NCBI GenBank assembly: GCA_903813345.2
Contig: CAIIXF020000001.1
Location: 24,304,001 to 24,368,000, forward strand
Direction of reading: 5' to 3'
DNA: 64,000 nt
Source: Owenia fusiformis
Lineage: Eukaryota
The notes under the pieces were generated by a model. That model made no database searches, was not told the DNA's origin, and was given only the letters and a program-made list of their open reading frames with translations. Both the position numbers and the translations under genes were made by a program. Positions 1 through 13,100 of the stretch are shown here, piece by piece. Within the stretch, counting starts at the first letter, position 1. Each line of letters starts with the position of its first letter.

Positions 1-1649
1 AGTGACTTTTCCTAAGCGCCTACTTTTAGCTATTTTTCAGTCACATTTTCAGAGGGCTGAAAAGGTTATGTTTAGGGTCATTCTGACCATTTCAATTGTG
101 TTCCTGGTCATGTAAATGATATGTGGAACTTGTTAAACTGACTGGAGGTCAAAACAGAACTCTGTTATCTTGGTTCAAAAAAATTTCAAAATCCAGCATG
201 GTTTTAAAACTTTTTGTTTTGTCACTTCCTGTTAACTACCACCGCACCTAAACTAAAAACGTTGTAGAGAAAAAAATTCCTTCACTGTTAAGTCAAGGTT
301 AAAAACATGACAGACATGAAAAAATTTGAAAGTTTGCACACTTGTAACCAAAAATCGATATAACGTATGTTGTGAAAGTTTCATGAAGAAGCAAGAGAAC
401 AAAAGTTATATCAAAATCAGCAATACTTATTGAACATAGATACAAATACTCATACAAGATGGAGCATTCAGTCAGAAACTCTTGACTTGTACTTTTCAGC
501 AAAGGCCAGAAAGTATTTCTTGAGAAATTGTAAGCTTGCTATGATCACTATTATTGTGCCTTGAATTCAAATCTAAATTAGAATGTACAAATTACAATGT
601 GCGCTTTGTTCAGAGATAATGAGAAGGAAAGTGCATTCATGCTCGATTCATCTGTTTTTTCAACTTTCGAAAGGGTATACCCCATTTAGGGTTATCTAAA
701 TTTAACAAGTCCTATCTTTGATCTTTTGCAAAAGCTTAAATCATATGAGGAGTTTGTCTTGTATAATTGATCAAAAAAGTTCTAGGATTGTACAAATGCA
801 AGGCATCAGACCAGATAGGGCTAGATAGGTCAGATCAAATCTAGATGTATTCGATGAGATTCAAATTTTATACATCTTAGTCAAATTTGCTCGAGCCTGT
901 GGAATTCTAGAGTGTTTTATTTTAGTGTTTGCAGCATTTCACTTACAGAGGGACTGAAGTCATAGTTGCTACATACATACCTGGAAGCTCTCAGTTGAAA
1001 CATCTTAAGGGCATTCATTTGGTGTCTGAAACAGCGGTCCCACTCTATGCTGGACAAATTTGAAGGTAGCCACTTTAATTTTCCAATTCAAAATCATGTC
1101 TGAAGTCTTGTTTGCATATTTCCAGACAAACCCTTTGATAACTTGATATAAAATTGCATGGGTCTTTCTTGGTATGAAAATAACAATGAGCATAGATCAT
1201 TGGGGCAACTTTAGGAAATTGTAAAAATAAAAGGTATAAGAAATATATTGTTAAATGTTATTCCTTGTATGTTTCAGGTAAAACCATCTCGGTGGGATAA
1301 CATGCAGATTAGCCTGTACAAACACTTTATAAACATGGTTTACAGCTTTGGTTCTACAAATTATAGAGGACAACAACCTGACCCAGAGGTTCAGTCACCA
1401 ACAAGCCTCGATAACCCAGTCGTTTCCCTGAACATAAGTACACCAAGCACAGGTACAGCACTTTATTACCTCTGTTCAAACCTATAAAGAAATAAACGCA
1501 GTCGATTTTTGGAAAAAAAGTAGTAATTTTCTTCACATGTTTAAGTTTCTTTCATAAATGTGCAAGGTAAGTGATGCTAGATGAGTAGAATGAAATATTA
1601 GTATGAATCTACAATACCAGTGTGAAATCTTAATTTTGAGTTCAGGTAA

Positions 1650-2200
1650 GTGATATCATCAGCCGCATTATCTTAGCCAAAGTAACGAGCATCCTCAAAT
1701 TGGAGTTCAATAGCTGTCAGTGCACAGACTACTACAGACTGTGAGACAGTTGTGTGGTTTGTATTTTTGAGAAATTTGGTATCCGCAAGAAACAAATTTA
1801 TGTCATTATTTTCATCCACTTTGTTGATGGGAGCTAAGAGAATATTCAGCACAAACTTCCCCATATCATCATATCATATCATCGAATCAGATTGTAACTG
1901 ATCAGCAGAGGGTGTGGGATCTCCGTTGGTTTCCCATGTATTTAGGAATTGTGTGACAGCTTGGTGGTCCCTTTTTCTTGAGGTATGTTTGCCTCATAAC
2001 ACATTTTAACGAAATCTTTAGGAACACATATACTGTGCTGAGCACACTGTTTGAGCAGCGAACAATGTGTCCTACCGTCCTTTGGTTTGTAGGGATAGTA
2101 TGTGGATATAAATAAAGGTAAATTTTAAAAAGCACAACTAAATCTGTTGTGTGTTTTTGATGTTTTGCTGTTGAAATATTCTTATCAATCGTCAATCCTG
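1650..2200 (-). pseudogene. Degenerate hAT-superfamily (CGGBP1-like) transposase fragment
   Basis: Minus-strand frames give KDFVKMCYEANIPQEK and GKFVLNILLAP..LFLADTKFLKNTNHTTVSQSVV..L..FEDARYFG*DNA, resembling CGGBP1-type hAT transposases. Stops and frameshifts are present; boundaries are approximate. Confidence 0.55.
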
Positions 2201-3069
2201 GATTTGCGACTATGATCCACCCTCATGTTGCATGGGGTGCAAAATAAACTCCCCCACCTTTCATTAAAGTATCCCTTATATTAAGATTATATTCCCTGGC
2301 CTGTGACTTGGCTGATGTTGATGTCCTGTGATTGGGAACTGAATCTTTACCCACAAATCACTTGATATTATCATGTCCATTAAAAGAATAATCAGAATGT
2401 AAAGTTGATTTTTTTTTCAATTTTACCAGATGCCATAAATCAGTATGTGCAATATTTTAAAATATCCTATTAGGCAACCCTGTTACGACCGGATGTTACG
2501 ATCCCCAAGAGTCGGGTGGTGGCCGATGGATCAGAGCATATGTGACCCAGGCATATCAGATTATTATTTTACCTCAGTTATTTTGTCATCATCTTGAGGG
2601 TCTAGTTACTCTTTAAGACGTCCCTTTGCTTGCTTCTAAGGAAGAGTTGACCACTTTGCTCAAGGGTCGAAGCTCACATTTTTTATTTACCTGGTAGTTA
2701 TTTAAAATCTAGTAGTTGTAAAAGATGTTTACCGAATTGACTAAAATGACATACATGACATACAACCAATGTTTTGACTTCATTTGTTTGAGATGGTCAA
2801 TAGAATAACATAACGTTCATACCCATTCCAAAAATTCACGATTTGAAATTGAAATGCTTAGAAGTACATGTTGGATGAATACCTAGTTGTTTATGTGAAA
2901 TTATGGAATACATGGATTATAAAAAAAACCATTTTTACACAGATTGGTAAGTCAATTGGTCAATGTTGCTTGCAATTTTGCCACCACTCCCTTTTGATCC
3001 GATTCTGCAAGCAACATTAAAGAGAGAATCAGATCTATCGAGCAACCCACCAATTTATAACATATTCAT

Positions 3070-4070
3070 AACGTATTTGTTAGGCACCCTGCATTTTCAA
3101 GTGGCTCCCTTAAATGATCAACAAGTGTTTGGATTTCGATGTTTCCATACAACAGAAGCTCATTTTGATCATTTAAATGTGAGGGCCAATTCCTCATTCT
3201 CCTAAGCAGGTGTCCAGAATCTGTACCTCCTTCTTCCCCCCCCCTCCCCCCCCTGCTATAACCAATTTGGAAGCGCCCAATTAAACTGAATCAAATGATC
3301 TTGTTATGCGCAATGACTTATACATGATTTCTGTCGCAGTGTTGCAACAGCCAATCAGATTGCGAGTTCTTATTCGGAGAAATGCTAACTGCTTATCGCA
3401 GGGGGTAAAAGAAAGAATATATTCTGGATTTGAAGCCCTGTGATCGGAGGTTGCAATTCCTTGTCTTGAGGACTTAACATGCTTTGAAAATATGGTCATG
3501 TCTTTAATTTGTAAATCTTCTGCTATGTGCTTGAATTATTTTTTCTAAGACAATGACTGTCTGGTTTGATGTTATGTCAGGATTGAAAAAACAGCACTTT
3601 GGAACCTGTGTTGTTCTTTGGATAAATGACTGAACATTGGGGCCTGGGATGTCTTGCATCGAGGTTAGCATCAATAGTGCTTGATCAAATTTTGCACACA
3701 CGCTTGAAACATTAATATCATCTCCTTGAAATAGTAAGCTGACACTTGCTATCTCATTTCAAACATCAGTCATGAAATGCAAATAATAGACAAATTTGAA
3801 CACTTTCAATCTTGTTAAGTAACCTCTGCATTTTGCCCTGTCTGCTGCTGAGTTAGTTATCCTGACAATAATTTTCCAATTGCATTATTATAACTTTGTA
3901 ACTGTCTCTAATCTGCAGAAGTGCTCGCAGTTTATGATTTGTCCAGCGAGTTCCAGTTGCTTTGGTTTTTTTTAAACACTACCTCAGTGTCATCATTCAT
4001 ATCATTCTCCAGGATGTCTACTATCTGTTAAGCTTCCCTTACTCTCTTAGCAGAGCCTCTAGAAAATAAC
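3070..4070 (-). pseudogene. Degenerate hAT (ZNF862-like) transposase fragment
   Basis: DRAKCRGYLTRLKVFKFVYYLHFMTDV*NEIASVSLLFQGDDINVSSV...PGP, followed downstream by NWPSHLNDQNELLLYGNIEIQTLVDHLREPL, match the ZNF862-type hAT middle region. In-frame stops; apparently interrupted at about 3230-3500. Confidence 0.6.
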
Positions 4071-4765
4071 AGGGGGATTCATTTAAAAACACCTCAATTG
4101 TGCTTAGATATATTGCAACATGTAGGCATTCAAGAAATTCTTAATTCATTTTTTGCAAGTATACAAGTATGTCATTGTCAATATCAATATTATTTCCTTC
4201 AACATCTTAAGTAACAAAATAATATGCCTAATTAGTACCTGTTCCTTAAACATATTATAGCATGCAAGGGAAATTATTATCATAATTTAATACTTGGTTC
4301 GATTTAGAGATATTGATCTGTAGAATGTAATATGTCATAAGTGTAAATTTTACAAAATATAGATAAATTGCAACAATTACATACTTGTAGAAAACATATC
4401 TAGATTTCATTGTCTCACTTATAGTGTCCATATAGGTGTCTTTGAAGGCATCTTTATTTGCCAATTCTAACCGTTGGCCTACCCAGCCTTTCAGTAGGTT
4501 CGCTTTAGGTAGATATGCTAGGTTCATTTAGGTAAATATTTCAGGTTCGCTTTAGGTAGCCATCCAATGTTATAATCCCATTGGTAGGTTTGCTCTAGGT
4601 GATGTCCAAATATGCTAATGAGGTACTGGGTTCGCTTGGGTTCGAACCTATGTGAACCTCAATCAAGGTTCACTTTAGGTAAATACTACCCAACTGAACC
4701 TACGACTGGGTTCACTTTTGGTAAATACTACCCAACTGAACCTACATTTGGGTTCGCTTTAGGTT

Positions 4766-6990
4766 GTTTTTTTAAAAAATATTTATTGCTTCATAAAAAT
4801 ATCATAATATAAATCCCTTCAGTCGCCCGAAGGCATTATAGAAGGGTACATTAATAGCACAAAATACAAAATTATGATTAGGTCAAGGGGTTCACTCTGC
4901 ACTTGTGGTTGGCCATGGGGTGGAAATATTAAGTGTGGATAATATAAAATAAAGTATAGTATATATAGTATGTAGGGAGGGGAAAATGTTATAGGTTCAT
5001 TTCAATGAATTCAGCGATTGAGGTTTGGAGATGTAAATTTAGATCAAGGGAAATATTGTCAGAGCCATGTTTCATTAAGTAAAGGAGATCATTCTGAGTT
5101 AAATGATTATCTGATAGTCCAGTTATATTAATAATATAAGTTTTTAATTTTGTTATCTTTTCTTTAATAAGGGGACAGTGAAAGAAGAAGTGTTTTTCCG
5201 TCTGGGGGGCTCCACATTTACAGTTTGGATTCTCAACATAAGTAAAGTTGTGAGCATAAAGTTTGGCTTTGAAAAGTAAATCAGCTCTAAATTGGTTAAT
5301 CAAAATTTCATGAGATCTTTTTAGATTGAGTTTGGAGGTGCTAATAAAACTTTCTTGGTTTTTAAACAAAATCTTTTGGTGTTTTTTAAGGATTGGAGAG
5401 TTTTCAAATTACGTAATCGTTTTGGTAGTCGTGACCAGTTTGATATTGCTGATGGAACTGATGAATTCAAGAACCTCTTTGAGCACCAGGTTGGTAAATT
5501 AAAGTCAGATCTATCACGCAGATTGCGTGTTCCCTGATTTTTGAATTTATGAAAAATTTCATCTAAAAAGAGTGGATTTGGACCATTTACAACTTTGAAC
5601 ATAAAGTTGTTAATTTGCATTTTTCTTCTTGTGTCTAGAGAAGGCCATTGAAGGAGATTCAAAACTTTATCAGTATTACTGCCATGAAGACAACCAGAGC
5701 ACAAAAGAGCAGCCTGATAATAAATTTGATCAAGTCTATTTAGAAGATATTTTGATGCAGTGTTAAAAATAGCAGTACCATAATCAAAATGAGGTCTTAT
5801 AAATGAGTTGAAAAGCGTTTCCAGATCTCTTGAGTTTAACTTTGTTTTAAGGTTCTTCAGGGGATTTATCATTTTCCTAACTTTATTATATCACCCTATG
5901 CAGACAGAGCCTGTGGGAAATATTGGGTGCGGAGCAAATGAGCGGAGGGTGCGGAGCTAACGGTCATTTTTGAATTTAAATTTGGGATATTTCTGAAACT
6001 AAGCCGTTTTGGGACTTCAAATATACCAAGATATGTGTATTTGACACCAAATACCAATAAAATTGTGAAAATAGTAGTGCAATTCATTTAATAGCGACGC
6101 AGTATGCCTTAAACATTTCCCAGACCTATATATTTTGAGACTATCCTTTTAATACTGCGTCCCCAGCATTCATAAAAAATGGTGTTCAAGATACACTGCC
6201 CATGCAAATTATTTTGGCATCTTGGAAGCCAGGCAGTATCTGTGTGATTTTATAAAAATTCGGAAATGTTCTTCAGATATGAGCCCCCTCTAAATATTGG
6301 GTGCGGAGCTACGTTTATGGAGCTGCTCCGCACCCAATATTTAGAGGGGGCTCATATCTGAAAAACATTCTGAATTTTTATAAAATCACACAGATACTGC
6401 CTGGCTTCCAAGATGCAAAGATAATTTGTATAGATAGTGTACCTTGAACACCAATTTTTATGAATGCTGGGGACTCAGTATTAAAAGGATAATTTCAAAA
6501 TATATAGGTCTGGGAAAGGTTTAAGGCACACTGCGTCGCTATAGAATGAATTGCGCTACTATTTTCACAATTGTATTGATATTTGGTGTCAAATACACAT
6601 ATCTTGGTATATTTGAAGTCCCAAAACGGCTTAGTTTCAGAAATATCCCAAATTTAAATTCAAAATTGACCGTTAGCTCCGCACCCTCCGCTCATTTGCT
6701 CCGCACCCAATATTTCCCACAGGCTCTGTCTGCATAGGGTGTATATAATTCTTCAATATGGTTTTGATTGGTCAGATCATGATCAAAAGTATATCCAAGG
6801 TGTTTATGTACATTTGTTCTTTCAATTTCAGAGTCACTTAGAAAGGATTTGCTTACATTTTGAGGATTTGCTCTAACTCCATGGAAAATAACTTCACAGC
6901 TCTTTTCTGGTTTAAATTGTAATTTTCACAATTTGGACCAATTTTCTATCTCAGTTAGATCAGATTTAACTAGTTCATCAATTTCTTGGG
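4766..6990 (-). mobile_element. 5'-truncated non-LTR retrotransposon (CR1/L2-like ORF2 C-terminal part) interrupted by a foldback element
   Basis: KSDLTEIENWSK..LQFKPEKS..HKHLGYTFD (6750-6985) continues into ORF 5321-5872 (FIRPHFDYG, WPSLDTRR) and frameshifted ORF 4989-5369 (CKCG..QTEKHFFFHCP zinc motif). AATAAA and an A-rich tail lie near 4770-4787. Confidence 0.85.
5892..6741. mobile_element. 850-bp foldback/MITE with ~420-bp inverted arms, CAC termini and 5-bp TSD (Transib-like, non-autonomous)
   Basis: Termini CACCCTATGCAGACAGAGCC...GGCTCTGTCTGCATAGGGTG with TATAT on both sides (5887-5891, 6742-6746). Removing the element plus one TATAT restores the LINE frame HIEELYNKVRKMINP. The superfamily label is inferred. 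Confidence 0.9.
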
Positions 6991-7184
6991 GCTTTTTGGG
7001 GTATATTCGCTTTAGGTGATGTTCAAATATGCTAATTAGCTCCAGGTTTGCTCTAGGTAGCTACCCAAATGAACCTATATTCAGGTTCGATTTGGTGAAA
7101 ACTACCTAACTGTACCTTTAGTTAGAATTGTACATTCCCATATATACCATAGCTATGTTCATTCCAGTGTATATGGTTCATATA

Positions 7185-8178
7185 CAGGGTGTCTCAAAAA
7201 AATGTACCCAATAGTATATCAAGAGCACAGATAAACCAATCAATATTTTCAGACATTTTTTGCATGGTCATGTAGCCAAAACATGAACGTTTTCTCCCCA
7301 ATACACCAATTTTATTTCAGTCTTGTCTTTTTGATGCTTTAACCCTTTACCTTTTACACCACATAATCGATGTAACCTCATATTTCGATGACAGCCTGTA
7401 TCCTTACTGCTACATTGTTCATCACATTTGATAATAATTCTGGTGGAATGTGTTGGATTTCTCTTTGGATGTTGCCCTTTAGTTGTTGTAGGTCTTTTTG
7501 CTTGGAATGAGCATTAAAACACTCCTTCAAATAGCCACAGAGAAAGATGTTTGAGGATGACAATGGCAGAACAAACACAGATAATCAGGTCAATTATCGG
7601 CAGATGATTCAGGAGTTACCTTCCAGAGTTAGGCAGGCTAGCCTGGAGACCAAATGATATCCAAATGAAAACACAGTGGTCTCAAACTGATACACACAAC
7701 AAAAGCTACACTAGAATCCCAACCAATGCAGTTTCTTGAACCTCTGACCTCTCTGTATAAGGGGGCTATAAGACATTGTGAGGGCCTCCCTATTCACCAT
7801 ATTTGACGGCCCATACTTTTTTCTTTGAGGCTATTTGAAGGACCATTTTTATGCTAAACCCAAGCTAAGAGACCTAGAACAACTTAAGACCAGCATCCGA
7901 ACAGAAATCAAAACATTCCACCAGAAATATCAAATGTGATGAACAATGTAGTAGTAAGGATACAGACCGTCATCGAAATATGAGGTCACATTGAATATGT
8001 GGTGTACACGGTAACAGGTTTAGTATCAAAAAGGCAAAACTGAATTAAAAACTGTGTATAGGGGAAAAAAAAAAGTTCATCTTTTATCTACAAGACCATG
8101 CAAAAAATGTCTGAAAATATTGATTGGTTTGTCTATGGTGTTGATATACTTTTGGGTACATTTTTTTGAGACACCCTA
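7185..8178. mobile_element. Non-autonomous Tc1/mariner element composed of two inverted transposase 3' ends
   Basis: TIR CAGGGTGTCTCAAAAAAATGTACCCAA at both ends, flanked by TA. The left arm (-) encodes IFLCGYLKE..LQQLKGNIQREI; the right arm (+) encodes PPYSPYLT..FFL*GYLKDH..LEQLK. Confidence 0.85.
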
Positions 8179-8228
8179 TATACCCCTCAAATTCATATTT
8201 GGATTTGTACTATGATTATAGAAAACAG

Positions 8229-9325
8229 TGTCACAGGGTCGAGTTCTTATTTTTAAAACCTTACCACACAGAACAACTGATGTATATAGTTTCACAGAAA
8301 TATATTTACAAAGGGGATCGACTAATTAATTATAAATCAATGCTAGCTTTTAACCAAGTTCCTTTGAACTATTATACTTTTATCTTTACATATCAATATA
8401 ATGTTTACTCAAAATAGAAACAACCAACCTTCACTAAGTATATATGTACATAAGTTTCACAATGTATATATGAGACAATAGATTGTCCTTAATTAACACT
8501 ACTCTTTGTACGTATAGTAGTGTTTCTTAATTGTACGGAATGATCACCGGCAGCATGTGTAATAGACCAGTAGAAATCGTGTAGTCTTCTGCAGTATGTA
8601 GAATTAACGATATCCGTTTGATAATCTGTTGGTCTCTCAAAATGGTATAATGATATTTGAACGTATCACGATTTGAAGTCTCCTATTTACAATCACTTCA
8701 TGCACTGCGAATACTGAACAGCCATTATTAATGTTCACTAAGTACTGAGTATTCTATTATGGATTAATCACTTCAGCATTTAACACTAATCCACTATCTT
8801 TCACAAATGTCAATAATATCAAAGATATTTTGTTCACTTCATATGTTTATAGCACAATAACGCCTTTCGTCGAAGTTGCAATGTCACACTACACAAACAC
8901 AGTTATTTTACTTTCCTCGACGAATAAGTATTCACTTTCATCACTCACAGCACAAGAACGCTGAATTGGAAAGAAAACTAAACTTTAGAACAATTGAAAT
9001 ATAAAAATATTCAAAACTCACTAGAAATATTTGAAGGTTTGATTATAATAAACTAGGTGAACTAAATCTAAATTAATATAAAAGATTGAAGGTTAGAATT
9101 TTTCTAATCTAAATAAATATTTACCTTAGACATTCTAAAACTTCACCTAACCACATACACCTGCACATGTCTGTAATATAACTAGGTAATGTATGAGAAA
9201 TTAAACTGAGCCTATAATTGGCTAAGGTAAGAACTGAGTGAACAAGTAATTAATTAATAATAAAAATACTTAAAGTACCTATGTATTGTGTGAAGACTTA
9301 AAGGACCTGTGTATATAATGTGACA
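8229..9325 (-). repeat. Putative 3' LTR of the Gypsy element (~1.1 kb)
   Basis: On the minus strand a PPT-like TTGGGGGGTAA is followed by TGTCACA (9325); the matching inverted TGTGACA end is at 8229. No second LTR is available to confirm the boundary. Confidence 0.6.
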
Positions 9326-9416
9326 TTACCCCCCAAATTGAGAAATGTTTCAATTTCTTGAGGCAGAAGATGTTTAGAAATACAATACTTCTAAATGGAA
9401 GATAATGGTAAGAAAT

Positions 9417-10196
9417 TTACACATTTCTACTCAAGAAGTCTGCATCAATGTTTTCAGATCCTTTGATGACGTGAACTTTGAAGTTGTACTGTTGAAGAAA
9501 TAATGACCATCTTGTCAGTCTAGAATTGGCTTGTTTTGCTCTTTCTAGATAAGCTAGAGGTTCATGATCAGTTTGTATGGTAAAGGTGGTACCATAGAGA
9601 TATTCTTGAAATTTGGTTATGCCCCACACTATGGCCATGCATTCTCTCTCTATGGTGGAGTAATTCTGCTCTCTCGGAGAAAGTTTTTTGCTTGCTGTTG
9701 CTACTATGTGCATCATTTCATCATGCTCTTGCATCAGTATTGCTCCTAAGCCCACGTCAGATGCATCAGTTCTGAGAAAAAACTGCTTTTCGAAATCAGG
9801 TAATCTTATAATTGGATGGGTACTTAATTTAGTTTTCAGTTTCTCAAAGGCATCTGTATGTTCATCTTCCCATTTCAGAACATTTGGTTTTCCTTTTTTA
9901 GTGAGATCTGTTAGAGGAGCTGCAATGGTTGCGAAGTTCGGAATAAACTTTTGGTAATATCCTATTGATCCTAAGAAAGATCTTAGTTCAGTCTTGTTTG
10001 TGGGTATTTTGGCTTTTACTATCTTTTCAACCTTTTGTCTTTGTGTGTGTAGTTGACCCATTCCTACTTCATGACCAATAAATTCAAGGGAACTGTAGCC
10101 AAAATAGCATTTGGAGGGTTTTACCGTCAATCCCGCCTCATGGATTCTTATGAATATTTCAGTGAGAATAGCGATATGTTGATCCATATTTTCAGT
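9417..10196 (-). CDS. Gypsy pol part 2: RT thumb and RNase H, in frame with part 1 beyond a single stop
   Basis: LRSFLGSIGYY, TDASDVGLGAIL, YSTIERECMAIVW, QTDHEPL, ADFLSR. Same frame as 10197-14045 (VII*TENMDQH). Confidence 0.9.
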   Translation of the reverse strand, partial: TENMDQHIAILTEIFIRIHEAGLTVKPSKCYFGYSSLEFIGHEVGMGQLHTQRQKVEKIVKAKIPTNKTELRSFLGSIGYYQKFIPNFATIAAPLTDLTKKGKPNVLKWEDEHTDAFEKLKTKLSTHPIIRLPDFEKQFFLRTDASDVGLGAILMQEHDEMMHIVATASKKLSPREQNYSTIERECMAIVWGITKFQEYLYGTTFTIQTDHEPLAYLERAKQANSRLTRWSLFLQQYNFKVHVIKGSENIDADFLSRNV

Positions 10197-13100
10197 TTAT
10201 ATGATGACATCATCGATGAAGTTCTCTACATGGTCTAAACCTTCCAAAAGTATTCTCATCATCTTGGTATATGTACTTCCAGCATTTTTCAGTCCAAATG
10301 GCATTCTTTTGAATCTGAATAGACCTCTTGGCGTACGGAAAGCTGTTTTGTCACGATCTTCTACTTTTACTGGTATTTGCCAATACCCCTTGCAGAAATC
10401 CAGTTTGGAAAATATTTTTCCCTTGGATAACTTAGCAAATATAGCTTCAGCTGTAGGCATAGGTTCAGCATCAAAAACTGAGATCCGATTGAGGTGTCGA
10501 AAATCAATAACAGGGCGATTGGTACCATCTTTTTTCTTAACTAGAAACAATGGTGAGGAGTATGGTGAATTTGCTTTTTCTATGACATCATATTTGATCA
10601 TGTCATCTATTTCCTTCTCAATTGTTTCTTTTGCTGAATAAGGAATTGGGAATGGTTTTCTACATGTTGGTTCATTCGTGATGACTTCTATTTCATGTTC
10701 AATGAGGTTAGTACACCCTGGTTCTGATGAAAAAATGCCCGCATTTCTATTCGTAAGATTTCTAAGCTGTATCTTTTGCTGAGTGTCTAGTTTTTCATTG
10801 ATATTTATATCAGCTACAGTTTCTTGCTTACCAATACACTGATCGATAAGGCAATCATTGTTGAACTCTTCCTCCTCGTCTTCCTCAATAATCGCTATCA
10901 CAGCTGTCATGTGTGATGGTTCAATAGATTTAATGCCTTCATCTGGATCAATAATGTTGCTTTGGTCATTTCTTTCATGGTATTTCTTCAGCATGTTGAT
11001 GTGGTAGAGCTTAGTAGTTTCACCTTTCTTTATAAGGTAATCATTTATTCCTCTTTTTTCTATGACTTCATATGGCCCCTTCCAGTGCATCAGCAATTTA
11101 TTGTGGTCTGTTGGCAACAGCATCAGTACCTTATCTCCTGGTATTAAACTTCTGGGTTTTGTTTTTTTGTCGAAATGCTTTTTGTATTTGTCTTGGTTGT
11201 TTTGTATAATATCTTGAGCTACATTACATGTTTCTTCTAATTTGTTGCGTAGGTCAACGACATATTGATAAGTAGTTTTCACTTCTTCGTCTGGTATGTC
11301 TTTTGTCCAAAGTTCTCTCATTATTGTCATTGGGCCTCTTACAGTGCGACCATAAAGAAGTTCAAATGGGGAAAAATGTGTGGTTTCTTGAGGGACTTCT
11401 CTATATGCAAACAGTAGTGGCTCTAGGTAGCGATCCCAATCTTTGGGTTTTTCAGCACACATTCTCTTTAGCATGGTTTTGAGAGTGCCATTAAACCGTT
11501 CCACTAGGCCGTTGGTTTGTGGATGGTAAGGTGTGGTTACTATTTGCTTTATTGATAGAAGCCGACAAACTGATTTCATGATTTCTGACAAAAATTGAGA
11601 ACCCTGATCATCAAGCATTTCTCTGGGAAAACCAACTCTCGAGAAGATTTTTACTAGAGCTTCTGCTACAGTTTCTGTATCAATAAATTTCAAAGCAGCT
11701 GCTTCTGGATATCTTGTTGCGCAATCGACTAGGGTAAGTATGTACCTATTCTTGGAGTTTGTTACTGGTATCAAAGGTCCCACTAGATCTACACAAACTC
11801 TATGAAATGGCGTGGAAATTAAAGGCATCTTTTGAAGGGGAACCTTTGTAACTTTGCCTTTGGGTGTGGTGCGCTGACATATGTCACATGATTGACAATA
11901 TCGTTTCACATCACCGTGAATTCCAGGCCAGTAAAACTGAGCAACTATCCTATCGATGGTTTTCTGGGTTTCAAGATGTCCACCCAATAATGAGTCGTGA
12001 CCTATTTGCATTACTTGTTTTCTGAATTTCAGTGGTACTAGTACTTGTGTTATGGTATCTTTCTTATTAGTAAAATATCGGAGTAACACTTCATTTTTCC
12101 ATTCGAAATGATAGGAACATTGGTTTCTTGTATGCTTTACATCTTTCTTTGTTGCCAGTTGTCTTACTTTTTCTAATGAGGTATCATTTTTCTGCTCTAG
12201 AATAAACTCATTATTATCTACTCCTGACATGATACAAGTTGGAACTTTTAGTTTCTTGATCGGTATGGCTTCTCGTTTTGTTTGAGCTCTAGTTTCTACT
12301 GCAGCTGTTGTTATTGGTATTTTTACTGTTGTTGATGCCATGTTTTTCACCAGATTTGTGTCTGGGTTATTGTTGTTTTGGATTTTGGTTTTCTTAGATG
12401 CTACATTTGTGCTAATCTCTTTTTTCTTAGATTGTGCTTGAATCATGTTAGATTTCTTGTTTCCCATTGTTGCACCTGGTATCTCTCCTATAATTAGTTC
12501 ACATATAGGATTGTCTATACAAATAGCTTCTGTTCGACCGGTAAAAAATGGTGTATCTACATAAATTTCTGCAACATTTGCAGATTTTATTGTGCGGTCG
12601 ATCATTACATACTTCTTTTGTTTTCCCGTCATTTGTTTTTCTGTTACTAAACTTGATTTTACAACAACACCACTGCATCCAGTGTCTCTTAGCACCTGAA
12701 CTCTCTTATCCCCCAGGAATCCAATTTCAATAGGTAACTTTGACAGATTCTCAGTTTTGTTATCACAGTTGCACGAAGATCCTACAACTTCAATATTACA
12801 CCCACAAGATAATGTGAGAGAATTTCCAGGTTGAATTTCACACTCATGATTCTCTTTAAGTATTTGACAAGATGCTGTGAATAGGTCTTCATCACTTGTG
12901 TTTAAGTCTTCATTGCTGTCTGTGTCTGATTCTGCTAGAAGTGCAGCAAGCTTAACAATTCTTTTGTTGGCTATGGACTTCGGGCAGTCTCTTGCTATAT
13001 GGCCTTCTTTAAAACAAAGATAACAGGTTCTACTGCTAATTTCTGTTCTTTTGGTTGTACCTTCAATATCATTTTTGTCATCCTTGCTATCATTTTTATC

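Larger units (their letters stand above)
4480..7120. repeat. Degenerate GGTTCGCTTTAGGT / CTACCCAACTGAACCT minisatellite-like element split by a LINE insertion
   Basis: The motif recurs at 4480-4765 and again at about 7005-7120, on both sides of the LINE. Confidence 0.55.

Noticed and set aside
1-1200. Possible transposon end and further hAT coding remnants
   Set aside because: I could not define a TIR/TSD or a convincing motif.
5896-6737. Twin 63-aa ORFs on opposite strands as genes
   Set aside because: They are mirror images produced by the foldback arms and have no recognisable motifs.
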